This document shows, in pieces, positions 63,107-64,000 of a stretch of 64,000 nt of DNA. Numbering within the stretch: the stretch's first letter is position 1; every line of letters starts with the position of its first letter. A model generated the notes under the pieces. The model was given only the letters and a program-made list of their open reading frames with translations. It was not told the origin of the DNA and ran no database searches. The position numbers and the translations under genes were made by a program. The stretch is from IMG/VR virus record IMGVR_UViG_3300023083_000001, positions 1-64,000 of that record, one strand, 5' to 3'.

Positions 63107-63625
63107 ATGACCGCATTTCTGAAGCTGATCCCTGGTTGGATCTACGCCGTGATTGCGTTCCTGGTCCTGGCATTCGTGATTTACGAGGTCGTGGACACGA
63201 TCAGTGCTCAAGCCACCAGCATCGCCAAGTTGCAAGATGAGAAGGCTGACTTGGTTACCGATAACGCTTCTCTGACAAAGGAGATCGCTCGGATCAATCA
63301 GGACATTGCTGACAAAGCCAAACTCAACGGTGAAGTCGCAACCAAGACGCAAGAGAACAACCAGACCTTTAACGAACTCGATCAGACATTACAGTCGGCC
63401 ATCGAAGAACGTAAAGCGCTGGAAGCGGCTCTGGCGGCGCAGCAGGCGATTCAGTCACCTGCCGACAATCCTAACACGATTGACATCATACCGGTCTCAA
63501 ACAAGCCCGTAGTCACTCAGGCGTTAATCAACGCCAAGGCTGCGAACAATGAAATGAACCTGGTGTGGAAAGCCTACTGCGTAGGGTCCACCGATGCCAA
63601 ATGTGTGAAGGGGAAGACGCCATGA
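63107..63625 (+). CDS. inner-membrane spanin (Rz-like)
   Basis: N-terminal TM, long coiled coil, C-terminal cysteines; overlaps the lipoprotein gene. Confidence 0.7.
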   Translation: MTAFLKLIPGWIYAVIAFLVLAFVIYEVVDTISAQATSIAKLQDEKADLVTDNASLTKEIARINQDIADKAKLNGEVATKTQENNQTFNELDQTLQSAIEERKALEAALAAQQAIQSPADNPNTIDIIPVSNKPVVTQALINAKAANNEMNLVWKAYCVGSTDAKCVKGKTP

Positions 63626-63945
63626 AGCATGTTCTGATATTGGCGATCTTGTTCATGATCGTTGGCTGTGCTGCGCAAACTGTGACGGTCACCGAGACCA
63701 CCACACACTACGCCGTCATGGAAGATAACTGGCTAGTGGATTGTCCGACGGTACCACCGCCTGACCAGCTGGTATATACAGCTGGTACGTTGCAACAACG
63801 CATTGACATGTGGACGGCTACCTATCTGGAACAAGCCCGTATCCAGAGCGAGTGTCGTATCCGTAGTAAAGCTGCACGCGACTACAATAATCTCAAGCGT
63901 AACGAGACGACGGTCGTAACGTGTAGCGAAGGTCAGTGCAAATAA
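63622..63945 (+). CDS. outer-membrane spanin lipoprotein (Rz1-like)
   Basis: Lipobox IVG|C, Pro-rich DCPTVPPP, helical C-terminus with Cys. Confidence 0.75.
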   Translation: MKHVLILAILFMIVGCAAQTVTVTETTTHYAVMEDNWLVDCPTVPPPDQLVYTAGTLQQRIDMWTATYLEQARIQSECRIRSKAARDYNNLKRNETTVVTCSEGQCK

Positions 63946-64000
63946 ATGCGGCCGTGGGTAAGACCACGGCTGTATGCCCCATTCTTATTTAAATTAGTTA

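Overview
64 kb of a lytic jumbo-phage genome, most likely phiKZ-related and Pseudomonas-infecting. Evidence: paralogous S/A-x-E-rich internal head proteins, phiKZ-type early promoter and TATG motifs, an AmrZ-like ribbon-helix-helix gene and a Pseudomonas-type dcd. Most of the window is a dense plus-strand array of small accessory genes. It also carries a dNTP-supply set (tmk, a thyA with a large triplicated insertion, folA, dcd, and a monomeric class II nrdJ interrupted by an 860-nt group IA2 intron encoding an HNH-type endonuclease), NAD/ADP-ribose-related genes (SLOG, macrodomain, two stand-alone LigA fragments, ART-like, Nudix), a Tad2-like gene, minus-strand virion genes and a spanin pair. 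The most striking region is a ~1.2-kb non-coding RNA island (36185-37406). It holds tRNA-Tyr, a tRNA-Cys with an atypically long variable arm, three tRNA-mimic RNAs whose anticodon arm is replaced by a large structured domain, a ~250-nt RNA with a perfect 6-bp kissing-loop interaction plus a long-range pseudoknot, and two smaller folded RNAs. A dispersed CATA-hairpin-TATG repeat, often coupled to an early promoter, punctuates the whole region. All calls come from reading motifs and base-pairing by eye; no database searches were run. Many small hypothetical ORFs are not listed individually.
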